Source: a virus (taxonomy: Duplodnaviria; Caudoviricetes). From it: a stretch of DNA of 29,636 bases. Each line of letters opens with the position of its first letter. The first letter of the stretch is position 1. The notes under the pieces are model-generated. The model saw only the letters and a list, made by a program, of their open reading frames with translations. It ran no database searches and was not told where the DNA came from. Shown here piece after piece: positions 1 through 8,729 of this stretch. The stretch spans positions 1 to 29,636 of IMG/VR virus record IMGVR_UViG_3300020183_000341. The stretch is one strand, 5' to 3'. The translations under genes were made by a program, and so were the position numbers.

Positions 1-188
1 AGTAGCCAATACTTAAAATATTCAAGAACTTTTACTCTTAAATCCATGTCAGAGATTTTTTTCGAAAGAGTGGTTTGAATATCAGTTGTAGTTGTATTGA
101 TAGATGCTATATTTTTATCTATATTGTCTAGTCGCGTCTCTAAACGTGAAATAACAGCATGATACGAATTTTCGTTGTAATCTTCCAT
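1..188 (-). CDS. Partial small coiled-coil protein, possibly with a C-terminal membrane anchor (runs off the window)
   Basis: ATG at 188, 9 nt after the upstream stop; open to the window edge: MEDYNENSYHAVISRLETRLDNIDKNIASINTTTTDIQTTLSKKISDMDLRVKVLEYFKYWL. Not in the ORF track; translated by hand. Confidence 0.65.
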   Translation of the reverse strand, partial: MEDYNENSYHAVISRLETRLDNIDKNIASINTTTTDIQTTLSKKISDMDLRVKVLEYFKYWL

Positions 189-197
189 AACAAATTT

Positions 198-860
198 TTA
201 TTTTTTCTTTGATTTTTTATTTTGTTTGTTCTTTTTTAATTTAATTACAAGTTTTTGTAAATTTTTTGGTAATGTAGGGGGTTTATAACTTGGTTTCTTA
301 GAATCGTAGTCTACTAATTTAGTAATTTTACCTACCTCCCTCATAGGTTGTGTAGGATCATCATCTTCTTTATTCATCGGTTCGGCTTTAATTTGTTTAG
401 ATGGCTTATTGTCTTTTTCAGGATCAACCATACTTTCTTGACCAAGTTTATCGCCTTTTTTACCACCGTCTTTATCTTTACTATTTTCAACATTTTTTTC
501 ATAAGCGGAATCTACATAATTTAAATTTTTTTCAGTTAATTTGTCTTTTATATATTTTTTTAAATCCTCAAACGCAATACTAAGTTTTTTCTCTCTTTGT
601 GTGTTGTCTCTGAAATACGTACAATCGAATAAATTGTGTACTATTGGATTTAAATCAAAATGATGTGGTTCACATCCACATATAACATAATGACCAGCGT
701 CGTTCTTATAGACTGATATACTATCGTTGACCTTTTGAACATCTTTACTTAGGACATCAATCATTTCTTCCCAAGTCTTGTCCACTTCAGTCTTTTTTTC
801 TTCAATCGTTTCACGTACTAATTTACGCAAATAAGTTTCCAATCTGATAATTTTACTCAT
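198..860 (-). CDS. Hypothetical phage protein, 220 aa, charged low-complexity Lys-rich C-terminus
   Basis: Long ORF on the main coding strand, preceded by ATATTTATA-N4-ATG; no family recognised. Confidence 0.8.
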   Translation of the reverse strand: MSKIIRLETYLRKLVRETIEEKKTEVDKTWEEMIDVLSKDVQKVNDSISVYKNDAGHYVICGCEPHHFDLNPIVHNLFDCTYFRDNTQREKKLSIAFEDLKKYIKDKLTEKNLNYVDSAYEKNVENSKDKDGGKKGDKLGQESMVDPEKDNKPSKQIKAEPMNKEDDDPTQPMREVGKITKLVDYDSKKPSYKPPTLPKNLQKLVIKLKKNKQNKKSKKK

Positions 861-864
861 ACTT

Positions 865-873
865 TATAAATAT
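865..873 (-). promoter_or_regulatory. ATATTTATA motif 4 nt before ATG (putative late promoter); second copy at 884-892
   Basis: Same motif at the same spacing before seven genes in the window. Confidence 0.7.
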
Positions 874-894
874 ATATCTTTGTTATAAATATAT

Positions 895-920
895 AAAAAA
901 AGACCATTCTTACAATGGTC
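895..920 (-). terminator. Rho-independent terminator after nrdB
   Basis: Minus strand GACCATT-GTAAG-AATGGTC followed by T7. Confidence 0.75.
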
Positions 921-947
921 ATCGCTTAATTTTAATTATAATCTAAA

Positions 948-2006
948 TTAGAGTTTAAAATCTTCAAAAGCACTTTCATTTATAGTATTATCTACACCCT
1001 TAACATAACTACTCAATTCAGTTTCTTGAGGAGCTACTTGTAGTTTCTTGCTATCATAATAGCTATCCAACCAACCAGATAGTGCATTTGTTTTGGTACC
1101 TGGATATAGTTTTTTATATCCGAGACTGCTCAATCTATTGTTTGCTAACCATTCGACATAGTGCTTAAGACTTTCGCTGGTCAAACCTACTAGATTACCT
1201 TTACTAAACAGATAATCCGACCAGTCTTTTTCAGCATCTACTGCCATTTGATAAGCAGCATATATCTTGTCTTCGTTCTTCTTTATAATTTCTTGGAATC
1301 CTTCATCAGGATTATTAATCCAGTTTTTCATGATATTCTGAGTAATAGCTACGTGAAGATTTTCATCTCTACTAATAAACTTGATAATTTTAGCATTGCC
1401 TTCCATCTTACCACGATATCCGAAATAAAATGAACAAGCAAAACTTACATAAAAAATCAAACCTTCAGTAATTTGAGTTGCTAAAACTGCGTTGAATAAT
1501 TGTTGTTTTGGATCATCTGAAATTCCTAGAAGGTCATCATATTTTTTACTTATTGCTTTTGCTCTTTTAACAATTTGTTCATCTTCCAAAATACTATCAA
1601 AAAATTTGGTTGCATCTGGATAAACATTATTTAAGATGTATGTATAACTATTACTATGAATAGTTTCAAAGAAACTCCAAGTATTCATACAAATTTCCAA
1701 TTCACTATTAGTGACATACTTCATTAGTTCGTGAATACTACGACTCAACATACTGTCAGTCATTGTTTGAAATTTAAGATTACTATCAAAAACAAAACGT
1801 TCCTCATTAGATAAATTTTTATAATCACTAATATCTTTGACCAGACTGACTTCTTGTGGTCTCCAAAAGAAATTTAGTTGTTGATCATATAATTCATAAA
1901 ACTTAGGATATTTAATGCGATCGTATCGTTGTAGCGATAGATCCTCTCCTAAAAACATTGGATTGCGTAATTGGTCAATATTTTGTTTATTTAATACGGT
2001 TTTCAT
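948..2006 (-). CDS. nrdB: Ribonucleotide reductase class Ia beta subunit
   Basis: FFWRPQEV, ETIHSNSY (iron ligands plus radical Tyr), EGLIFYVSF, DENLH, C-terminal VAPQETE..SY; directly follows nrdA. Confidence 0.97.
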   Translation of the reverse strand: MKTVLNKQNIDQLRNPMFLGEDLSLQRYDRIKYPKFYELYDQQLNFFWRPQEVSLVKDISDYKNLSNEERFVFDSNLKFQTMTDSMLSRSIHELMKYVTNSELEICMNTWSFFETIHSNSYTYILNNVYPDATKFFDSILEDEQIVKRAKAISKKYDDLLGISDDPKQQLFNAVLATQITEGLIFYVSFACSFYFGYRGKMEGNAKIIKFISRDENLHVAITQNIMKNWINNPDEGFQEIIKKNEDKIYAAYQMAVDAEKDWSDYLFSKGNLVGLTSESLKHYVEWLANNRLSSLGYKKLYPGTKTNALSGWLDSYYDSKKLQVAPQETELSSYVKGVDNTINESAFEDFKL

Positions 2007-2018
2007 TTTATTTCCTCA

Positions 2019-4313
2019 TTATAGAGCGCAAGCTCCACTAGCACAACCAGATTCTGTTTCTAGTTTAAGTTGCGGTCTTTCTTGTGTCGATTTTGTTTCG
2101 ATAACAGTTTGTTTATCACCATCATCTGTATTAGCATAGTATAAATTCTTAATACCGTACTTATATGCCGTCAAAATGTCTTTGATTACTTCTTGTACCG
2201 GTACTTTATTGTTAGGATATCTTGAAGGAATATAATACGTGTTTGTACTAATACTCATATCAGTAAATTTCTGTATAGCTGCTGCTACCTTCAAATAACC
2301 TTCATTGTTTGGCATATCAAAAGCGAATGTATAGTTGTCTCCATACTTATCGATATTAGGAACTACAACGGGCAAAATGTTGCTCTTGCTACCTTTGAAG
2401 CTAATAGCACTACGTGGTGGTTCAATACCGTTAGTACTACTTTGAATAACACTACTAGATTCTACAGGCATACAAGCTGTAAGAGTACTGTGTCTCATAC
2501 CATGCTTCTTGATTTCTTCGCGTAGTGTGTTCCAGTCACAATGTAATGGTTCAATAATAAACTCATCAATATCTCTCTTGTAAGTATCAATTGGAAGAAT
2601 ACCTTGACTAAACTTGGTACGATCAAACTTTTCACACTTACCAACTTCTTTAGCCATTTGTACACTTGCTTTAATTAAATAATAACTGGTTTTTTCCATC
2701 CACTTAGCAACAAAGTTTGGAGCATTTTTATCCCAATACTTTAAATTTTCTTTAGCAAGTAGAGCGGCTAGATTACTTACACCAACACCTAAACTACGAC
2801 GTTTCTTTGCGAAGTTTTCCGCCGCTGGTACGAAATAGTTTTGATGTTCAATAAGAGCATCCAACATTCTTACAATAACATCACATACACTTTCCATTTC
2901 TTCATCGTCTTTAATTTCTAACCAATTTAATGCCGCTAAGATGCAAACACCGATTTCACCATCTTTGTCATTTACATCTTTGATTGGAATGAGAGGATGA
3001 TTAACTTCAAGACATAGATTGCTCGTATCAACTTGGTCTAACCAACTTCCATGATCGTTTGCATGGTCAACATGCATCGTGTAAATACGACCTGTTTCAA
3101 GACGTTCTTTAGCAAGTAATCCCATCAATTCACGTGCGGAAATCTTCTTCTTAAATTTAAGATTCTTGTTCGCTTCTGCTTTTTCATACTTTTCTCTAAA
3201 ATCCGGTAGACCAAAACTGTTCCAAAGACTTGGACATTCATGATAACTGAACAGAGTAATGTCTTGATTTTTAATGAATCGTTCAAAAATTAATTTGTCC
3301 AATCCTATACAATAATCAAGTTTACGAACACGATTATCGTCGGTGCCTGCATTATTTTTCAATACTAGAATATCCATGATGTCGTAATGGAACCAAGCGA
3401 AATTAACTGTTGCACTTCCACCACGAATGCCATTTTGATGACAACATTTAACAGTAGATTCAAATGCTTTAGCAAATGGAATAGGCCCAGTATGAATTAC
3501 TTCACCATTACGAATAGGTGCGTTTGTAGCACGTAATCTGGATAAATTTAAACCAATACCATAACGACTCGCTGTGGCAAAGCCCACAGCACTATTGTTA
3601 CTGAATATGCTTGTTAATGTATCGTCTACGGTGAAGAGTGAACAACTAGCATAACTCTTCATTACAGTTCGTACACCTGCCATAATTGGCGTTGGCAAAT
3701 TGATTTTATGTTTACTAAAATAGTTGTACGCCTTTTTAACATATTCTATTCTATTTTCAGTATAGTTTTTGAAAAATGTCATAGCTATCAACATATATGC
3801 AAACTGTGGAGTTTCATATAGTTGTTTTATAACACGATTTTGTACTAAGTATTTATCACACAACTGTTTGATACCAGCATATGTAAAATTAAAATCACGA
3901 TCGTGTTTTAGATATTCATCAAGCTTGTCAAACTCTTGTTTGCTATACCAATTGAGAATATTATCATCATAAACCATCGCATCAACATTTGATTTAACAA
4001 GATCGTATAGTTTTGGTGGATTTTTACCACCCCAAACATTTTTCCTCAAACGATAATTCAACAGTCGGCTAGCAACATATTGATAATTTGGTTTTTCTTG
4101 ATTTATCAAATTAGATGCTGCTTCAATCAACATTGTATGAATATCATCGGATGTCATACCATCAAAGAAATTTAAATGTGCATTCATTGCAACTTCTTCG
4201 AAACTCACACCTTTTATATCTTCAGTAGCCCATTGTAAAACCTTATTGATTTTATCCGCACTAAACATTACCAACTTTCCGTTACGTTTCTTAATAAAAA
4301 TTTGTTTATTCAT
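2019..4313 (-). CDS. nrdA: Ribonucleotide reductase class Ia alpha subunit with N-terminal ATP cone
   Basis: IKKRNG ATP cone, LPTPIMAG, ASC, NLCLE active site, MPVESSS, STNGIEP, C-terminal CASGAC pair; uninterrupted. Confidence 0.97.
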   Translation of the reverse strand: MNKQIFIKKRNGKLVMFSADKINKVLQWATEDIKGVSFEEVAMNAHLNFFDGMTSDDIHTMLIEAASNLINQEKPNYQYVASRLLNYRLRKNVWGGKNPPKLYDLVKSNVDAMVYDDNILNWYSKQEFDKLDEYLKHDRDFNFTYAGIKQLCDKYLVQNRVIKQLYETPQFAYMLIAMTFFKNYTENRIEYVKKAYNYFSKHKINLPTPIMAGVRTVMKSYASCSLFTVDDTLTSIFSNNSAVGFATASRYGIGLNLSRLRATNAPIRNGEVIHTGPIPFAKAFESTVKCCHQNGIRGGSATVNFAWFHYDIMDILVLKNNAGTDDNRVRKLDYCIGLDKLIFERFIKNQDITLFSYHECPSLWNSFGLPDFREKYEKAEANKNLKFKKKISARELMGLLAKERLETGRIYTMHVDHANDHGSWLDQVDTSNLCLEVNHPLIPIKDVNDKDGEIGVCILAALNWLEIKDDEEMESVCDVIVRMLDALIEHQNYFVPAAENFAKKRRSLGVGVSNLAALLAKENLKYWDKNAPNFVAKWMEKTSYYLIKASVQMAKEVGKCEKFDRTKFSQGILPIDTYKRDIDEFIIEPLHCDWNTLREEIKKHGMRHSTLTACMPVESSSVIQSSTNGIEPPRSAISFKGSKSNILPVVVPNIDKYGDNYTFAFDMPNNEGYLKVAAAIQKFTDMSISTNTYYIPSRYPNNKVPVQEVIKDILTAYKYGIKNLYYANTDDGDKQTVIETKSTQERPQLKLETESGCASGACAL

Positions 4314-4413
4314 GGTGGTAAAAAATAACTATCATTTTTTATGATAAAATATATTCAATATCGATATTTTTAAAAAATATTTTTTTGTTTTTTATATACA
4401 ATTATAATATGAA

Positions 4414-5799
4414 TTATTCATCATCTTCATCACTATTATGAGCATTCCATTTATTTTTCAACATCTTTTTGACTTGATTCTCACCATCCATCATTTCATT
4501 TTGAATTGCTAGACCTTCTCTACTATTTTCGGAATATATTTCAATCTGACCACAACCAGCATTCATTTTACTTGGAAAAGTCAAACCATCTGGTCCGAAA
4601 CGATTTTTAATTACGTGAAACCGTGCAGTGTTAGCTTGTTTATCATTGACTTTACGACTTAGACTCAAAACAAAGTCAGCAGTCATAATTTTACGATAAC
4701 TATCAGCAATATTGTTTGCCTGAATGATATCTTCATCCATAGCAGCACGATTACTTTGTGAAGCACTCCAAATAGGAACTTGAAGTTCACCGGCAATACT
4801 ACGAAGTTCTTCATAGATACCACCGGCTTCACTATAGCTGTTACTGTTGCGTTCACTGTGCGTTGGTCTTAGGATATCAGCATAATCAACAATAATCATA
4901 TCAATCTTAGTACCAAGCACAGCAAGTCGTTCGACGTGAGCTTTTAAACTGTAAGCTGATATAGTCTTGATAGGAAAATATTTGATTACAAGTTTACCGG
5001 AAATTTCTCCAATCTTTTGTCTAACAATATCAACGTTGTTACGTATATTCTGAAAGTCAATACCTGTGAAACAACTATCATAGCGTAAACCAACATAATT
5101 TTCATTTAGTTCCAACGTAAAATGTACAACATTCTTTCCTTGTCTCATAGCTTCTGCACCAAGTTTGCTTAGTACCCAACTTTTACCACTACCAGCACAG
5201 GCTGTAATAATACCAAGTTCCCCAGGTCCAAGACCACCATCCATGATACTGTCGATTTCTTGCCAGTTGGTTTTAATACAGTTACGACTCATTATACTCA
5301 TACGTTTTTCAACGTCTTCACTATAGTCATGACCGATATTACGTTCTATGCCGGCTTTCATAGCCTGGTCTACAACGTGTTTGATTTTTTCATACTGACC
5401 AGTAGCCAATAGATCCGCACTTTCAAAAATCGCGTTTTTTAACTTTTGATTCTTGCAAAATTCTAAGAACTGTTCCTTGATGAAAGTGATATCATTATCA
5501 TTCATCTTTTGATATATCAACTTGAGATTATCTACTACACTTTGTGTTAAAACTTTGTTGCTTATCGTTTCAATTCTAACTTTAAAAACGTTAAGTGTCG
5601 GTAAATCTTTGTATTGGTTAAAATAAAAGATAATTTCTTTTATAATCCATTGGTGAGCATCTGTTTCAAATGATTCAACGTCAATTATGTCATGTATCCT
5701 TTCAAGAAATTGTCTATCTGAGACAAGACTTGAAATACACTTAATTTGAAAGTCTAGACCGAATTTTTTTAAGTTATCAATAATATGTTTCTCTTCCAT
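4414..5799 (-). CDS. dnaB: DnaB-like (T4 gp41-type) replicative helicase
   Basis: Walker A ACAGSGKS, HFTLEL, Walker B IIVDYAD, SASQSNR, IADS, KNRFG. Confidence 0.93.
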   Translation of the reverse strand: MEEKHIIDNLKKFGLDFQIKCISSLVSDRQFLERIHDIIDVESFETDAHQWIIKEIIFYFNQYKDLPTLNVFKVRIETISNKVLTQSVVDNLKLIYQKMNDNDITFIKEQFLEFCKNQKLKNAIFESADLLATGQYEKIKHVVDQAMKAGIERNIGHDYSEDVEKRMSIMSRNCIKTNWQEIDSIMDGGLGPGELGIITACAGSGKSWVLSKLGAEAMRQGKNVVHFTLELNENYVGLRYDSCFTGIDFQNIRNNVDIVRQKIGEISGKLVIKYFPIKTISAYSLKAHVERLAVLGTKIDMIIVDYADILRPTHSERNSNSYSEAGGIYEELRSIAGELQVPIWSASQSNRAAMDEDIIQANNIADSYRKIMTADFVLSLSRKVNDKQANTARFHVIKNRFGPDGLTFPSKMNAGCGQIEIYSENSREGLAIQNEMMDGENQVKKMLKNKWNAHNSDEDDE

Positions 5800-5807
5800 A
5801 ATTAAAT

Positions 5808-5836
5808 ACTATACTTTCTTCGTTGTAGTTTTACAA
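5808..5836 (-). promoter_or_regulatory. Sigma70-type promoter for the helicase
   Basis: TTGTAA-17 nt-TATAGT, then only 8 nt to the ATG. Confidence 0.6.
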
Positions 5837-5852
5837 GACCTTTAATAATGTT

Positions 5853-6800
5853 TCAGTCTTGAACAAAACTATTTAGTTTACCAAACGTCTCACTCAACCA
5901 AACCATATAGTTTGGTAAATTATTCCACATCTTATCTTCAGTTATAAGTTTACTAAAAGTAAGCTTATCTATACGACGTATTGGTTTATTAATTATTTCT
6001 TCAATACGTAATTGCGTAAATGATTGTACTGAACTATCGCACAATTGCATCAAAGCATAGTTCCTTTCGAGAAGAATTTTATTGTCTAAAACTCTTTCGT
6101 AAATTTTATATTTGCTTTTGTGATTTTCACAGTAATTATACAGTTCTTGTAATGAAAACTGTTTATCATTAGATAAAAATGGAAACGCCTGAATAACACG
6201 TTTTAATCCTATGCCATTTAAACCTGGTATATTATCACTCTCGTCACCTTCCATTATTCTGTAATAAATAAAATTATTACATGTAATACCATATTCATCT
6301 AATATTTCTTTACAACCAAAAATCTTTTTCTTTACAGGACTCCAAATTTTTATCTTATCACTTGCCAACTGTAAAAAGTCTTTGTCTGTAGACATGATAG
6401 TTACATTACTATCTTTGAATGTTTCTCTAGCGAGATAAGCAATAGTATCGTCAGCTTCAATTTGATCTATTGCCATCAATGTAATAGGTAACGTATCAAG
6501 ATAATTTACCGTACGTATCAATTCTTTTTTAAAATTTTGACTTGCAACTGCCGTGTCACTTAAATCTTCGTAAGTTCTATTTAAACGTATATTTGTACGT
6601 CTGCCATTTTTATAATCAGGATATATTTTACGGCGTTTTTGAGAACCACCATTACCATCAAACACAACAATAACTCTGGTTGGTTGTAATAATTTTACAG
6701 CATAGCCTACACTTTTAAGAAAACCAGCAATACCACCAGTATGAATGCCGTCATCGTTCATGCTAGGTACGGCCATGAAACACCGAATATAAGTGTTCAC
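5853..6800 (-). CDS. 5'-3' exonuclease / flap endonuclease (PolI N-terminal, T4 RNase H-like), main C-terminal part
   Basis: VVFDG, RRKIYPDYKNGR, EADDTI, STDKDFLQL, GDESDNIPGLNGIG; begins at GTG-AAC-ACT, in the middle of the usual DGxN motif. Confidence 0.92.
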   Translation of the reverse strand: MNTYIRCFMAVPSMNDDGIHTGGIAGFLKSVGYAVKLLQPTRVIVVFDGNGGSQKRRKIYPDYKNGRRTNIRLNRTYEDLSDTAVASQNFKKELIRTVNYLDTLPITLMAIDQIEADDTIAYLARETFKDSNVTIMSTDKDFLQLASDKIKIWSPVKKKIFGCKEILDEYGITCNNFIYYRIMEGDESDNIPGLNGIGLKRVIQAFPFLSNDKQFSLQELYNYCENHKSKYKIYERVLDNKILLERNYALMQLCDSSVQSFTQLRIEEIINKPIRRIDKLTFSKLITEDKMWNNLPNYMVWLSETFGKLNSFVQD

Positions 6801-6928
6801 TACAATCCGTCAACCAAAAGGACATCACTATTAAGTGATTTTTTAAGTCCTCCGGTGACGGAATCTCTTTCTATGTTTTGAAATAAAGAAAATAACTTCT
6901 TTATTTCTTTTTTGTCAAAGTTGTTCAT
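6800..6928 (-). CDS. 5'-3' exonuclease N-terminal segment, 42 aa (missed by the ORF track)
   Basis: ATG at 6928 overlaps the upstream TGA (ATGA); MNNFDKKEIKKLFSLFQNIERDSVTGGLKKSLNSDVLLVDGL* ends in the first-strand motif VLLVDGL; its TAG (6802-6800) overlaps the next GTG (6800-6798). Confidence 0.85.
   Translation of the reverse strand: MNNFDKKEIKKLFSLFQNIERDSVTGGLKKSLNSDVLLVDGL
6806..6862 (-). other. Long GC-rich mRNA stem-loop ending one codon before the premature TAG
   Basis: TCCGTCA-CCGGAGGAC pairs with GTCCTTTTGG-T-TGACGGA (16 pairs, 2 of them G-U, 2 single bulges), enclosing an inner hairpin ATCACT-TAAT-AGTGAT; paired by eye. Confidence 0.75.
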
Positions 6929-7397
6929 TTAATAATTGCTTCTTCTGGCATATCTTCTTCAGGAACTATATAAACATCTATGGTTGTTTTATGTTCAATA
7001 TCTCTTGCTTTTTTTAATCTATTAAGACCATCTGATACAGATAAACCATAAGACTTACTTTTAATTACCAAAAGTGGACATTTAGTATTTGCTTTCATCA
7101 TTCTTTTATTAGAATGTTCAGGATATTCTTCATTTTGTTTATTCCACCACTTTAATTCATGTTCTAATTTTTAAATAGGAAAATCTTTTTTAAAATATTT
7201 TTTCTCATTTTTTTCAGCAAAAGCTACAACTACAGGTACACTTCGTTTAACTCCATTATCATCTACCATGATGTTTTCTGACCCATAAAAATGATTTTTT
7301 CCTCATAAATTTTTAGATAATCTTCTTCTAACTATAACCTATTACGCAAATGATTCAAATGTTTATTAAATGTCTCATTAAGTAAATTGTTATTCAT
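6925..7397 (-). pseudogene. Decayed ParB/sulfiredoxin-like domain gene
   Basis: ATG 7397; in-frame TAG 7334-7332, frame change near 7295-7305, in-frame TAA 7173-7171; last segment RMMKANTKCPLLVI..SVSDGLNRLKKARDIEHKTTIDVYIV resembles the ParB-N 'P++V...DG.HR..A' pattern. Confidence 0.65.
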
Positions 7398-7489
7398 ATA
7401 TACATAAATATAAATAAAAAAAAGAATCCACATATCGATTCATCTTTTATAAATTTGATATAATCGTTCAGATCGATCTTCAAAAAGAA

Positions 7490-7517
7490 GTTTTTCCGCA
7501 TTGCAATGCGGAAAAAC
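7490..7517. terminator. Perfect 28-bp palindrome after uvsX/recA, probable terminator
   Basis: GTTTTTCCGCATTGCAATGCGGAAAAAC is its own reverse complement; followed on the minus strand by TTCTTTTT. Confidence 0.65.
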
Positions 7518-7536
7518 ATCCTATCAATGTGTTTTA

Positions 7537-8670
7537 CTATTCGTTACCAGCAGTTTCTTCGTTGGTATCAACAACAGCATCTTCAACAATTTGACTGTTT
7601 GGATTTTTGTATTTCATGATAACAGCGTCACAAATCTTCAAGTAAATTTCTTCACTTAATTCTTTGTCGGTCTGCATCACGCTTACAAAATCTTTGGATT
7701 GAAACTTCCAGTCTGATTCATCATTCTTCTTGTATGTGTAATAAGCTCCACCCTGTTTAATTAGACCTTGTTCTTTTAAAACTTTAATCCAACTACCATA
7801 ATCAGCAATACCGCTATCAAAATAGATATCGAAACTTGCTTGCCGTTGTGGTGGACCCATACGATTTTTTACAACAACAGCTTTACACTCATTGCCGATG
7901 ATTTCTTCACCCTTCTTGAGCTTACCTGTATTAGTCAAACGGACACGTACACTACAGTGATATGCTAGTGCCTTACCACCGCTTACTACATACTTGTCAC
8001 CAAACGCCATGGCATTTAGATTTTGACGTAGTTGGTTAGTAAATACAGTAAGAACTTTCTGACGGCCAATCATAGTGGTAATCTTACGCATTGCTTTACT
8101 AATAATAATACTCTTACCAGTTGCGTAACCATCTTTACCATGATCACTTTCTAGTTCTACCTTTGTTGATGCTGCTGCTACAGAGTCAACGATGATTGTT
8201 AGAATACGATCTTTGTTGCTCTTGCGAACAATTGCAATCATCTTCTCCATCTGAGCAAAAATATCTTCAACTGTTTCACATTGAACATATAGTAACTTAG
8301 ATAGATCTACACCTAAACTCTTCCAAAACTCAGGAGCAGCTGCATTTTCAGTGTCAATTACTACTGCAACTCCACCTTTTCGTTGAGTATCAGCTACAAC
8401 GTGTGCGGATACTAGACTTTTACCAGTACCTTCCAAACCGTTAAATTCGACCATTTTACCAACAGGCAAACCACCGTGAGGACGATTACTAATAGCTAAA
8501 TCTAGTATTGATGAACCAGTACTAATCCAATCACTAATTTCTGCAGGATTTTCTTGTTCGTCTAAGAAATAAGCAATCTTACCACCATCTTTATTAGCTT
8601 TGTTTAACTCTTCAGCTAATAGTTCAATAAGTTCATCTCTTTGATTTTCTTTACTTTGTTTTTTTGCCAT
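7537..8670 (-). CDS. uvsX: RecA/UvsX recombinase
   Basis: ISTGSSILD, GGLPVGK, Walker A GLEGTGKS, IDTENA, Walker B IVDSVAA, TNQLR, SGGKALAYH, KNRMGPP. Confidence 0.93.
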   Translation of the reverse strand: MAKKQSKENQRDELIELLAEELNKANKDGGKIAYFLDEQENPAEISDWISTGSSILDLAISNRPHGGLPVGKMVEFNGLEGTGKSLVSAHVVADTQRKGGVAVVIDTENAAAPEFWKSLGVDLSKLLYVQCETVEDIFAQMEKMIAIVRKSNKDRILTIIVDSVAAASTKVELESDHGKDGYATGKSIIISKAMRKITTMIGRQKVLTVFTNQLRQNLNAMAFGDKYVVSGGKALAYHCSVRVRLTNTGKLKKGEEIIGNECKAVVVKNRMGPPQRQASFDIYFDSGIADYGSWIKVLKEQGLIKQGGAYYTYKKNDESDWKFQSKDFVSVMQTDKELSEEIYLKICDAVIMKYKNPNSQIVEDAVVDTNEETAGNE

Positions 8671-8686
8671 AACGTATATAACTAGA

Positions 8687-8719
8687 AAGCCACTGAAGTA
8701 TAAAAAACTCCGGTGGCTT
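8687..8719 (-). terminator. Intergenic hairpin between SSB and uvsX (weak terminator or mRNA-stabilising stem)
   Basis: Minus strand AAGCCACCGGAGT-TTTTTAT-ACTTCAGTGGCTT (one mismatch, one G-U); poor U tract. Confidence 0.5.
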
Positions 8720-8729
8720 AATTTATTTT

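Noticed and set aside
4314-4413. Short palindromes upstream of nrdA (aatatcgatatt, tatcat-N5-atgata)
   Set aside because: Expected by chance in an almost pure A/T stretch; no clear NrdR-box or promoter match.
948-5799. Introns or inteins in nrdA, nrdB or the helicase
   Set aside because: Lengths are ordinary, motifs are contiguous, and no C...HN intein ends or frame breaks are seen.
6800-7539. TAG stop-codon reassignment as the explanation for the broken ORFs
   Set aside because: All long genes are intact under code 11 with no internal TAG; the exonuclease TAG is followed by TGA and needs a frame change; the pseudogene also has a TAA.
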